A stretch of 64,000 bases of DNA. Origin: Dicyema japonicum (taxonomy: Eukaryota; Animalia; Dicyemida). Positions 51,917-64,000 of the stretch are shown here, one piece after another. Where the stretch lies: assembly GCA_011109175.1 (NCBI GenBank), contig RDEW01000035.1:62001-126000 (forward strand), given 5' to 3'. Made by a program: the position numbers and the translations under genes. A model generated the notes under the pieces. The model did no database searches and had not been told where the DNA came from. It saw only the letters and a list, made by a program, of their open reading frames with translations. The stretch's first letter is position 1. Each line of letters starts with the position of its first letter.

Positions 51917-54900
51917 TTTTGGTTGAGCTGGTGACGTGGCTCTTGATCTCAATGTCTGGAAAACACAGTTTCAAGCCATTGGACTTCTCCCTTCTCACGT
52001 TTAACGTCAGGGGACTCTCTAGCGTTTGGAAACGGAAGGAACTGGTCGAGGATCTTTCAAAATACAAGGTTTCAATCGCCTGCCTTCAGGAGACCAAACT
52101 TATAAACGGGATCGAAGAACAACACGGGAACTTCCGACTAATCTTCCTTCCAGGTGGAAACAAACACTATGGGCTAGGATTTGCAGTCAGGAAAGATCTA
52201 TCCAAGAGAGTCTGCCAATATTACAATGTGAATGATAGAATCGGGGTGTTGCAATTGAAACTGGATGACCTCAACCCGTCGAAGAAATATCTAACTATAA
52301 TAAACGTGTACGCCCCTCACAGTGGATGGCTTAATAAAAACCCTGATGAGATTGATGACTTTTACACCAGTCTTTCTGCCGTTTTCTCCATGTATGCTCT
52401 CTCAACACTAGTAATGATCGCAGGAGACCTAAATGCGAAAGCTGGCACCCAGGTTACGACCGATGAGACATTCATGGGAAGGCATGGTAGGGGGAAAAGA
52501 AATCTCCCGGGAACTCTACTAGCTAACTTCTGTCAAACGAACAACCTATTTTTATGCAATACAGCCTTCATGCATCCAGCCAGACATAAATCTACGTGGT
52601 CGGGACACAGAACAAACCCCGAAGGGCGAGTGATAAATATGTACAACCAGATCGACTATATCATATGCAGGCAAAAAGATCGAGGAATTATACTTGATGC
52701 ACGAGCTTATGGTGGATCGATTATCGACAGCGACCACAAAATGGTTATTGCTAGACTTTCTCTAAAAAGATTTATGGTACTACAAAGAACGAAACGGAAG
52801 CACATTGAAACCACAGAACCAACTATAGACGTTATAATTGGAATCCTTAATCAGTCAATCAGAAGGGGCCCTAGAATTCAAAGAATATCTGGATGCAGAA
52901 CTAGAAAACATGCCTACAGATTTGCCGCCCGGAAAATCCTGGGATTTTGTAAAGCACTCAATACATAAAGGAGCCAATCTGCATCTATTGAAAGAAAATG
53001 AGAAAACCCATCGCACAATGAAATTTACACGGTGAAGGACCTTGCCAATAAACAGAAGACCATATGGATGCTATATCAAAATACTGACGATTCGAACGTA
53101 AAATCAAAATTGCGGCTAGAAAGAAAAACTATCAAAGCAAAAATAAGAAAAACTATACGCCAGCATAACAGAAATAAAGCACTGGACCAGATTAAGAAGA
53201 TAGAATCTCTCAAGGACAACGCTAGATTTTACGAGGCTGTGAAACAGATGAAAGGAAATAGACCCCATCAACCGATAATGATAAGAGATGACAAAGGAAC
53301 GCAAATTGTGGACCAAATGGAAGTGGCTGAAATTATCGCTGCCCACTTTGGAAAACTTTTTGACCCAAGGAACGACACTATCAACCTAGAACGAGGAAAA
53401 TTGGACGAGGAAATCACACCATATGAAGTTGAACTTGCGAGTTCCAAGTTGAAAAACAACAGGACTCCTGGCCCCGACGGACTCGCTGGTGAATTCTTCA
53501 AATATGGAACCCAAAAGCTGTATGAATGCATCGCTAGGATCCTGAATGAAATGTACTATTATGGTCACACGCTGACCCTGGGAGAGGGTATCTTGATACC
53601 TGTACAGAAGGCGAATAAACCAAGATCTAAGGTGGAGAACCTCCGTCCGGTCATATTAATGAATTCACTTCGGAAAATTCTGGCGAACATAACATTACAA
53701 AGGATGGAAGGACGCCTAGATACTTTTCTGTCGCCATACCACAGCGGATTCCGAAAAGGAAGATCTACTTCCGATGTTTTGTGGTCCCACAAGTGGAGAT
53801 CTGCGGCCGTTCAAAAGTTCAAAATGTCTACAACCATCCTCGGAATCGACATTTCGAGGGCCTTCGACTCTGTCGACAGACGGAGGCTAATACTGGTTTT
53901 GGAAAGTTTCCTAGACGCTTCCACTGTCAGAATGGCCACCACCCTCCTAGCTGATACTTGGCTCACTGTAAGAGTCGGGGGAGCCTTGTCTCGCCGATTT
54001 GAGACGACTGTTGGCACTCCACAGGGAGACCCATTATCACCTATACTTTTTGTCATATACCTTGAAGCTGCTTTACGGGAGTCAAAACCGATAATGGGTG
54101 AAAAGACAAACATTATTGCGTATGCTGACGACGTAGACTTTACTTCAAATGACAAAATACCGCTCACCCGCTTGATGGAAGAAGTGTCTGGAAGACTAGC
54201 CGAATGGTTCCTAACAGTAAATCCGCACAAGACTGAGATAACTGAAATCAAGAGGGAAGAGACAAGGATGGAGGAGCACTGGCGCAAGTGCAAAAAGCTT
54301 AGATCCCTCCTAGTAGACCATGAAGACATTACAAGAAGGAAAACTCTAGCACAAACTGCCTTCTCCAAACTAAAGTAAATCTGTTCCACAAAAAGGGCCT
54401 TGACATTATAACAAAAGCTCGATTATACAACTCGCTAGTGAAACCCATACTATATAACGCTGGTACCTGGGCCTGCTCAAGAAATGAACTGAAAGGCTTA
54501 ATGCGTTTCATAGAGACCAACTACGGCATATGATGTTCGAAAGAAGTGATACGAGGATGTCATCTAATCTTCTTCTATAAGAGGACGAAGACCTCAGAAA
54601 TTTCTAATAAGATTCTGGATACACGATGGAGGCTTTTCGGCCATATTCTGCGACTGGACCTAGATGCCCCCGCGAACGTAGCCATGGAGGATTACTTCAT
54701 GTTGGAGGCCCCCGTTTCCGTGGTCGCCCAGGGACGACACTGGCAGTCGTTCTCGACGAGGACCTCAAAGAAATGGGACGGCATCTTGGAAGTGGAGAGG
54801 ATCTGGACTGGTTGCGCGCTGCGGCTTTGAATAGGAGGAAGTGGATGAAACTAACCAGTGATTTGCTAACTCGTGTTGCACATGCTTTGTCAAGTCCTAT

Positions 54901-54935
54901 GACATAGCGATAAGTGCTTATAATAATAATAATAA
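51917..54935 (+). mobile_element. Full-length RTE LINE, family RTE-1 copy b
   Basis: Near-identical to 7474-10480, inverted; 13-bp TSD TATCAAATGATGC (51904-16, 54936-48); splits the transposase at LSNDA|MKP. Confidence 0.95.
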
Positions 54936-55564
54936 TATCAAATGATGCAATGAAACCGTCCAAATTGTTGGATCATCTGAGGAGAAAACATTCGGATAAA
55001 AAAGATAAATCATTAGAGTATTTTGAAGAATTAAAGGATTCTTTTCGTAAACAAAAAACGATTGACACTGTTTTTACAAATAGTAATTAAAGAAACAATA
55101 GTCGTTGTTATTTTAAATTATATTTAGGAGGACTAATTGTATCCTATAAAATTGCAATGATTATTGCCAAAAATGAGAGTTCCCATGTTTCTGGTGAAAA
55201 TCTCATCAAACCATCTATATCACTGATTCTATCAGATCTGATGGGTTTAAATCCTGACGAAATTTTAAAATCCTTACCAATTAGCAATTATTCAATTCGC
55301 TGCAAAATTGACGAAATGTATGATAATGTTAAACATATTTTATGTGAAAGACTTAAAAATACTATTTTTTCGCTTTAAATTGACGAAAGTCATATATGTG
55401 ACAACCAACCAATTCTAATGGGATATGTCAGGTTAATCTTATTAGAAGCTTACCCCTTAAGATATTTTGACGATCATGCTCTTCCTACAGAAGATTTATT
55501 ATTCGTCAATTATTCGAAAACTTATACGACTGGATTTTTTATTTTTTCCGCTGTCAAATTATTT

Positions 55565-55746
55565 AAAAAAAAAACCCACCACTCTTCAAACTCTAATGAA
55601 GGATGATCGTCGCCTATTCAAGAAAGCCGTGGGTACTCTGGAGGAACATAAGAAAACTTTCTCGATCCTGTTGAGGCGTACCGGGATCACTTAATTAGTT
55701 GGTTTACTCCTTCTTTCTTGGTGTTCCCTTTTCGGGGTTATTAAAT
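55565..55746 (+). mobile_element. 5'-truncated LINE tail (GGATCAC family) inside the hAT transposase
   Basis: 9-bp TSD AAATTATTT (55556-64, 55747-55); reading ends RTGIT*. Confidence 0.75.
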
Positions 55747-58700
55747 AAATTATTTTTGGATGACAAGAAATTCCATATGAAAATTTGGTTTCTTGTGCAC
55801 AGAAGCGCGAAGTCTAATATTGAAAAAATAAAGGATTTGCGGCATATTTGAAAAAAATATGTCCAAATGTGATTCATATACATTGAGTTCTACATAGACA
55901 ACACTTGGTTTCAAAAACTTTTTCGCCAATTCTACATGAAACAATAAATATAGTTATTAAAACCATTAACAAAATTAAAGCAAACAGCAAGTATAATAGT
56001 CTTTTTAGAAAATTTTGCTATGAGGCTAAAGAAACATATGTCCGTTTTGTGCTTCACACTAAGGTCATAGTTTCCAATTTTATTTTATAGGTACGATGGT
56101 TATCAAAGGGAAATGCTTTAGAACGACTTTCAATATTATTTGACACAATCGTAATTTTTCTTACTTCTGAGGGTGATAAAAATTTAGCAGATTTAATTGT
56201 ATCGAAAAAAAAGAAATTGTTTATTTGACTTGGATTTTTGGAAAATTTAATGAAATTTCATTAGAACTTCAGGGAAGGTATGTGACGTTAATAGATTGTA
56301 AAAGAATTATTCAAATATTTATCGAAAAAATTAAGTTACATAAATATAACTCGGAAAAAAAGAAATTATTATAACATTCCCGAATTCCACTCAATTGGTA
56401 AAACATTTAATGAAGATATTAACAACTTTTTGACATTTATTAAGCATAGAAAAAGATTTGATTCTTCGATTCCAAGATATTCTTGAATTAGAAATTTCAT
56501 CTTGGATGATTAATCCGTTTTTGTCAAAGCCAGAAAAACAAAAAGAAAATATTAAAGAGAAATTAATTATGTCAAAATTCAATCCAGAATTAAAACTATA
56601 TTATAATGATTCACAATCACCTGTTATTTTTCGGATAAATATGAAAGTGAAATAGAGTTATCCAAAATTGTGGACAGAAATAGCACAATTGCTACTTTAG
56701 TTTCCGACATCATATTGTGTTAATGCGGATTTAGCATTCTACATCGAATTGTAAATATAGAACAAAACAGATTGGATGTGTCCATTTGAGGAGATATTCG
56801 TTAACACAAATAGAGCCAGATATCAAATCTTTGGTAATAAAACATCAGTCACAGGGATCCCATTGGTATTTAATTCATTTTTATTATAGATTTATGCTAA
56901 TATACCAACTTAACATCGAATATATACTTTTTTTGTTTGATTTGATTATTAACAATGAATTCATTTTAGATAGATAACTAATTTTACTTAGAATTGTCTG
57001 TTCTAAATAAAAAAGTTTTAAGGGGTCGATTAAATATTAGGGGAGTCGACGAGTAAAAAAAGGTTGAGAACCCCTGCTCTATTGGAAGACACGGGCGCTG
57101 AAGGAGAAATGCATCTGGCGCCTCTCTTGTGAACTTCTGCAAGGCAAATAGCCTTTTCCTGTGCAACACGGCCTTCACGCACTCAGCTTGCCACAAGACG
57201 ATATGGCACGAACAAATAAAAAACTCTGTCGGAGAGACCGTGAATGTATATAATCAAATCGACTACATTATCTGCCGAAAGTCTATAATCAAACCTGATA
57301 AATGATGCACGTTCCTGCCAGGGAACAACAACTGACAGCGACCACAGGATCGTCATTGCAAAACTTTCTGTAAAAAAGCACCTGATTGGGAAAAAATACA
57401 TTGAAAACGCGAAGAAAGCGAGACAAAAGCCCAATATATACTTTCAGACAGAAAAATTGTGGTTAGAGCCCACTTGTAAAGCTAAATATCACGAACAAAT
57501 CGAGACTCTTATGGAGAAAACCGCACCGGAATCATCAGTACAAACTATGTGGGATCAAAAAAAGCAGGTAATCTCCAAATCGGCCAATATATGCCTTGGA
57601 GTCCGAAATCATCACGCCCTAAAATTGGATCACCACCCGAACCTGCCAGATATGGCAAAGCATTGCAGAGAGCTACGACTAAAAGCGGCAAACACGTCAG
57701 ACGAGAGTAAAAAAAAGAGTTTAATATCCAACAAAGGGAACTAAAGTGGAAAATCAAAAAGATGAACAGAAAACACTCACGGGAAATTATTACATCCCTA
57801 TTAAAGAGGAATGCTTAAGAGACAATTCAAGGATGTTTGCGGCTTTGCGACTGCTGCGGACAAAGAAAGGACAAAACACCCTTCACATCAAAGACAAAGA
57901 TGGAAAATTCGTGGGTAACCCGGAAGAAAAAGCAGAATTGATTGGACGACACTTCGAAACACTGTTGAATAAAGAAAATAAGGACTTTCCCCCTTTCCAG
58001 GGAGATGCAAAGGCGCTAAAAATCCCAAAAACATTGCACTAAGCCGGATAAAGGGTGTGGCGGATCTACCAGCAAGTCAAAGTGGGTTCCGAGAAGGGGG
58101 GTCTACGGCAGACATTGTATGGAGCCACAGATGGCGTTGCGCAACGCACCAAAGATTCAAGAGCGCAACGACCGTTTTGGGAATAAATCTCTCCAGAGCT
58201 TTCGACTCAATAAACAGACAGAAACTGATGAATGTGCTTGAGCAAATATTGGATGAATCGTCGGTTAGGATAATCAGACTACTACTTGCGAATACAAGAC
58301 TATCTGTGAGGACAGAAAGAGCAACTTCCCGCAGTTTCAAAACAACGATTGGGACACCGTAGGGTGATTCCCTCTCCCCTTTACTATTCATCATATACCT
58401 TGAATCTGCACTCCGTGACCTCCGTAAATGCTATATAGGAGACATAGAAGAGACATCTTATGCGGATGATGTGAATTTTGTATCACGGGACGTGACCGCA
58501 CTCCAACACCTACTAGAAAATGCACCTTCGAGATTGAGAAATGGTTTCTCAGCGTAAATGTTAACAAAACTGAAATTACGGAAATTAAAAGAGAAGACGA
58601 TATTACTCATGAAAGATGGAGACGAACTAATAAGCTCGGCTCTCTACTAGGAGACGCTGAAGATGTACTAAGGAGGAAAACACTGGCAAATGCGGCAATG

Positions 58701-59661
58701 GCTAAATGAAGAAAGATGGCTAAGGGCCAAAGGACTTGGAATTGACATCAGATGCAGGCTCTACAACGCGTTTGTGAAACCAATTCTACAGTACAACCCT
58801 GGGACATAGGGAAGTTTCTTCAACGAACTATTGAACTTGGATTCGTTCCATAGAAGGCAACTAAGAAGCTTACTCGGAATGGAGTGGCCACGTAGAATAT
58901 CAACCACTGGTATCTACAACAAGTGTGTGTGTTCTTACATCAGCAAGGATGTGATAGATGCCCGGTGGAAGCTATTTGGGCATGTATTAAGAATGAACCC
59001 GGACGCACCCGCTAACAAAACAATGTAAGATTACTTTGACAGTTGCGAAAAACCCTTTTGCGGACGAACTAGATCGACACTTCCGGCTGCCTTAAACAAA
59101 GACTTAAATCGTGTGAGAAAAAATCTAAAGACGGGGGACGACCTGGACGAATTGAGATCACTCGCATTCGACAGAGGAAGATGGAAAAGACTAACTATAA
59201 ATATTGTTTCCTTGAGTGTTGCACATGCGGGGCTATAATCATTATGGCTTTCGTGAAAGTGCCTTAATAATAATAATTAAGCAATACTGATATGCTTCCA
59301 TTAGTGTTATTTACGAAGATTTAGAATCGCACGCGACATTTCCAGAATGGAAAAACAATTAACTTAAAATTTCTGATAAGTTGACGTTAAAATCCAAACC
59401 CTAACCCTATTGTGGCCGGCCCAAAGTTCATGTATACACATTCCAGTTAAAAAAATAATCATTTAAATCTTATATGATTCAAAATCAAAAAATAGATTTT
59501 TCTGGTGATTAAAAATTGGTTGTGAGATGTGCTAACTTAAGAATTTTCCGCCACATTATGGAACAGGAGGAAGAGATGACATGCGGCAATAAATCTACCA
59601 CATCTAATTTAGTAATCACGAATCTTAATTTTTGATAAAAAAATATTTATAAATCAAAATG

Positions 59662-62159
59662 TTACAAGAGGTCCATACTTCTTTCAATTTTATATATTTG
59701 TTGGTTAATATATTTCAATTGCTGGTAATTAACGGGAATTTGTCTATATGATTAATTTTTGATTAACCAGAGTCTGTAATTGAGTACAATTTATATATTT
59801 ATTGTAATATTCATTTAGTAAAGTGTGAATACAGTCAATATGCGTGTGAACATAATTAAGAATAATGTTAGGATCAATATCAGGTAATCTAATAAAACAA
59901 GGAGCTAATATAGTGGATAGACTAAAACAATTCATTTTGTTAACATGTCCATAAGCAACAACTTTAACTAGATGCCACATAAAAATATTGAATATTCTGA
60001 GATGATGAGGTTGAGTTTTTGATAATAAAAGTTTGATGGAATTAATAGAATTAGTAATTTGATAGTAAACGTGAGGACCAAAGAGAGGCTGTGTCATATC
60101 ACGAAATAGAGCCTTTATTAGAGTGGCCAGCGTTAGAGGAGAATAATCACTAAAGTCATTCCAATTATTATTTTTTATTTTATTTTTTAATGTTGTCAAA
60201 TCAGTAAGTGATCCTGGTTTTCTATATATTCCAACCTCATATAGACCACAAGAGGACTCTATTAACTCAATTAATGTAGATAATAGTTGTTCAAACATAG
60301 AATTTAATAATATTTTATCACATTTTTTATGAATAATTATTTTACATTCTATAAAATATATTAAATAATAACCTTTACAAAACAAACTTTTATCAAACAA
60401 TTTAATTGTTGATGAACATAAATTACATAATGTGGGCATATTTAAATTTTGGGTAATATATTTATGATCACAAATTATCCCTTTCCGAATTAGTACTCGT
60501 TTATTACTTTGTTTTAATTTATTCTCACTCTAATTTATTAAATAATATTACTTTATCTTCATTTTTTATTAACTCTATTTGACATTCTTTTAAACTATTT
60601 ATTATTGTATTGACACATTTCTAGTATTATCAATCAATTTACATTATATTCTCCTATTTTCTTATAGTTTGATTTGAAAATAACACCACCAACTGAACGA
60701 AAGTCCTTATTTAATATAAACACAGCTTTAAAGAAATAAGAAAGGATTCTCCATCTCCTCTTTCCTGGGTTATCAAGTGCTTGTCTCAAATGTACTAGTT
60801 TGGTTTGTCTTAGAAATGCAATAATGGAGGATTTCTATAATAACAACAAGACTAACAAAGTGACATTTACTACATATATGTTGGTTAGACAAATAGTGCA
60901 ACTCATCACTAACCTCCAATAATCCAATATAATGAGAATTTCCTGGTTTGTTTATTATTGGGAGAATCATGTAGTCTATTACTACCTTGTAGAGAGTACA
61001 AGAAAGGTCGTAACAAGAAGATTTAATAATAAATTGATAGAAAGTGTGTTGATCAATCATGAGTAATGTACTAGCCTCGAGGAATCTAATATTATTAATA
61101 TGGAGAATAGCATCAAATATATTAATAATTTCATATTGTAAAGATTTGGTGATCCCATACAGGTCATACTATGTAATACTTTCTCATTTAATATATTATT
61201 ATATTCTAATAAATATTGGTTAATACACACGCTTAATGTTATTATAACATTACCCATTCACAATATTATCTTTGTAATATATTCTCGTATATTTTATACT
61301 TGTTTTACAAATTCCCTATTTATTATTATAATATTACTTCCATTATTATTCTACTATTATACAATATTGATTCTATTTCATTCATTGCACTCTTCTCCTT
61401 CAATTCTTTTAGTATATTTTCTACAATATTTCCATTATCCCCCATTATTACTACCGATTGACTACGATTCTCTCTTAACATTCTCTCGTATAACATTCTT
61501 CCCATCCCTTCATATGTATTACTCACTATTCCACTTTCGTATCTATTACACAACCACTCAATTAAGGACTTTTCGTCACATTCTTTCAACTTGGGTGTCC
61601 TTTTTTTACTCATTCTTGAAGTTAAGTCATCTTTGTTACATAAGTCTTGGTTAATTATCCCTTCTTTACTCATCATGGAGGTTATGTTGTTCATTGTACG
61701 CAGGTCTTGGTTAGGTGTCCTATCTTTACTCATTTTTGAAGTTATGTCGCCTATATTACGCAGGTCTTGGTTAAGTGTATCTACTTTAGTCATTTTTGAG
61801 GTTATGTTGGGACTAGCCACGTCTCCCTTACATATTTCACTCATTGAGGGAGTTTGATTGAGTAAATAAAAAGTACATCCAGTCACATTGTTTAGTGATC
61901 CCATCTCAAGAAGGTTTGCCACATGTGACCATGTTTTATAGTATTGATATGGTTTTTCAGTGAGTGATAATACACGTTCACTGGATATTCTTCCATTATT
62001 GAAACATACTTCAACCAATCTGAAATTCTTTAATGATTCTGTAATTTTACAAAGCTTAGTAATGTTAATAATAACATCATAACAGTCATCATTTGAGAAT
62101 ACTTTCACCTTTATTGTTCTCCCTGGTAATTGCACTGATATTACTTCATAAGATCCCAT
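59662..62159 (-). CDS. MYO9: Myosin-IX-like protein: RA domain, shrunken motor remnant, C1, RhoGAP; 3' end approximate
   Basis: N-terminal RA-like domain (FRLVEV..ERVLSLTEKP); motor remnants DEKSLIEWLCNRY, SQSVVIMGDNG and INQYLLE; C1 CNLC..FCK..CKIIIHKKC; RhoGAP GLYEVGIYRKPGS..LAPCFIR. Confidence 0.72.
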
Positions 62160-62265
62160 TACTGATTCAATTTATTATTTTATTTTATTTTTTTAAATCC
62201 TTTTTGAATTTTAATATTATTATTATTAAATATCTTTTAATCCAACGACTAGAAAGTCGAAAGGA

Positions 62266-62796
62266 GTTGGATACTCTCCTGACATTCGGCCAACATGTCA
62301 ATGACGTTATTACCAAAGTCAGGAAGAGGACCAACATATTGAAAATTTTGTCCCGATCACCAATCGGGCACAACACCTTCTTACTACAGAAAATTTACAG
62401 ACAATACATACTGCCAGTAATCGAATATGCATGTCCCTCCTGGAGCTCGATGATTTCTAAATCGTCGTCTCAAAAATTAGAAGCCGCACAACTTGCTGCC
62501 TTGAAAATAATAAATAAGAAAACTGTGGATAACGTATTGAATGTTAAGAACACCTAAGATAGAGAGTGAAGTCATTTCTACAGTGGGCAATAAAAACCGG
62601 CTGTCCGCTTTCACTCTCTATATCTGACTATCTAGAAAATGCGGGAAATCTATGGAGAATGAGACCGTCCTCGTTTCTACCAATTCTGTTGGATCTTCGA
62701 GGACCCCGAACGAGAGCCTGAACATGGAAAACCGGGATCACTTAGTTAGTAGTTAACTTTTAACTTTTCTAATCCGGTGATCTTGGGGTAAAAAAA
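62266..62796 (+). mobile_element. 5'-truncated L2/jockey-like LINE
   Basis: 13-bp TSD AAAGTCGAAAGGA (62253-65, 62797-809); VIEYACPSW; ends TGIT* plus stem-loop and polyA. Confidence 0.88.
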
Positions 62797-63109
62797 AAAG
62801 TCGAAAGGACAAGATTTATATTTATAATTTAGGGTTAGGGTTATGTCCTCTGATGGGGTTTGGGGGAGTTAAATCCTTCCGCAATGAATTGTGTGAGGGT
62901 TGTAAGGTGTGTTGTTGTCGAATGGTTATCCCGGAATCCGTGCTGGGTCGGAGGTATTGAGATTGAGTCTTGTATTTTTTCCAAAATAAGCCTTTCAAGG
63001 ATCCTTGAGACCGGACTTAGAATAGATATTGGGCGATAGGAAGATGGTTCTGCATATCAGTATTGCTTATTTTGTATCTAAATTAGCCAAGTCTCTGCTA
63101 TTTTCGGAA

Positions 63110-64000
63110 ATCTCTTGTGGCTCGCCGACGACGTGCAGCATTTGAAAAAAAGAAACACACTTTCCCCTATCTTCACGGGTGGACCAATAAGGAAGGCCTG
63201 CGCCGCTGCGGAGACGTTGAGACAAACCCTGGACCAGCCAGAATAGTCCAACTGAACATAAATGGAATCAATAACAAAATATTTGAACTTCGGTCATTTG
63301 TGAAAGAAAATCACATTGATCTGTTGCTAATTTAAGAGTCTAAACTTTCTCCAAAGAGTTCAACACCAGTATTTCCGGGATTCACAGTAATTCGCCGTGA
63401 CAGAATTGGCAAACTTGGTGGGGGTCTTCTCACAGTTATCCGCAACGGCATTCCGTTTGAGGACTTAACCAACAGTGCTTACACTATGCTTAAAGGATAT
63501 GGAAATCTCGAACTTTTGGTTACCAAAATACGATTCCCAAGACTATCAATAATAATTGTCAACGCATATCTCCCACTGCTGAGTTCCTGCTCGTCCAGTG
63601 CCCCCAGACTCACTCCTCTCGCATCACTAAAGGATGTTATTATCTATGGTGACTTCAATGCGAAGCACCTACTGTGGCTGACAGAACAAACCTACGACAA
63701 AAGAGGGAAGATCATAATTGAGGACCACCACAGCCTATGTATACTTAACGATCCTGTATCTCATACAAGAACACCTACTCGACGTAATGATAAACCTTCT
63801 TCTATCAACATCTCATTGTCATCACCGTCCTTGGCCCCACTTATTGATTGGTCAGTGAAGTATGACACCAGGAGTGATCACAACCCAATATTTTTGGAGG
63901 TCAAAACAAGGTCACGGATAAAAGGACAACAATGCCCAACAATAATTAACTACAGCCTTGCGAATTGGAAAGGATTCAAGGAATACGTCGATAATTGTAT
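63110..64000 (+). mobile_element. 5' part of an APE-type LINE with an intact 2A motif; runs off the window
   Basis: LRRCGDVETNPGP then RIVQLNING..LLLI*ESKL, GGGL, IVNAY, GDFNAKH and SDHNPI. Confidence 0.85.

Larger units (their letters stand above)
51692..57076 (+). mobile_element. hAT transposon (Buster/Charlie, ZBED5/SCAND3-like transposase), degenerate
   Basis: 16-bp TIRs CAG(C/G)GGTTCTCAACCT; 8-bp TSD CTCTATTG (51684-91, 57077-84); subterminal GGGGTCGA repeats; LSNDAMKPSKL, FSL*IDES and VRWLSKG. Confidence 0.93.
51118..59278 (+). mobile_element. Full-length RTE LINE family RTE-2, degenerate, split by the hAT insertion
   Basis: The APE reading GPEESSIG|RHGR continues across 51692-57076; RT motifs at 58057-58500; tail GTGAAAGTGCCT(TAA)n. 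Confidence 0.85.

Noticed and set aside
51917-52000. HDV-like ribozyme at the RTE-1 5' end
   Set aside because: GTTGAG/CTCAAT could form P1, but no P3/L3 (TCC/TTC loop), P1.1 GG or J4/2 could be placed. An RNArobo or Infernal search would settle it.
62829-62845. TTAGGG doublets (also CCCTAA at ~59397-59408)
   Set aside because: Only two units each, inside TE debris; not evidence of a telomere or healing site.

Overview
AT-rich genomic DNA from an animal (a myosin-IX-like RhoGAP and an MKK3/4/6-type kinase are present). Its spliceosomal introns are ultrashort, 22-30 nt where I could measure them. That resembles reduced parasitic metazoans such as dicyemids, orthonectids or myxozoans, but the species cannot be fixed from sequence alone. 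Compact host-gene islands (HEAT-repeat protein, EFL1, ferroportin, MAP2K, UBAP2L-like, EMC3, ZnT5, MYO9-like) alternate with deep nests of transposons: Ginger-type integrase transposons, a hAT/Buster element, RTE, L2/jockey-like, R4/Dong and CRE LINEs, and SINEs. Many insertions are resolvable by target-site duplications (TSDs). Main points: (1) DNA transposases carry host-style 25-30 nt introns; (2) a covarying 3' stem-loop overlapping the ORF2 stop codon is shared by several LINEs and a new SINE family; (3) a covarying 5' hairpin marks two RTE families; (4) 5' junctions contain templated multi-jump fillers; (5) the myosin IX has a shrunken, P-loop-less motor; (6) 2A (NPG/P) peptides precede APE endonucleases. 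Gene ends and intron phases were read by eye and are approximate unless stated. No CRISPR, rRNA or intact tRNA was seen.
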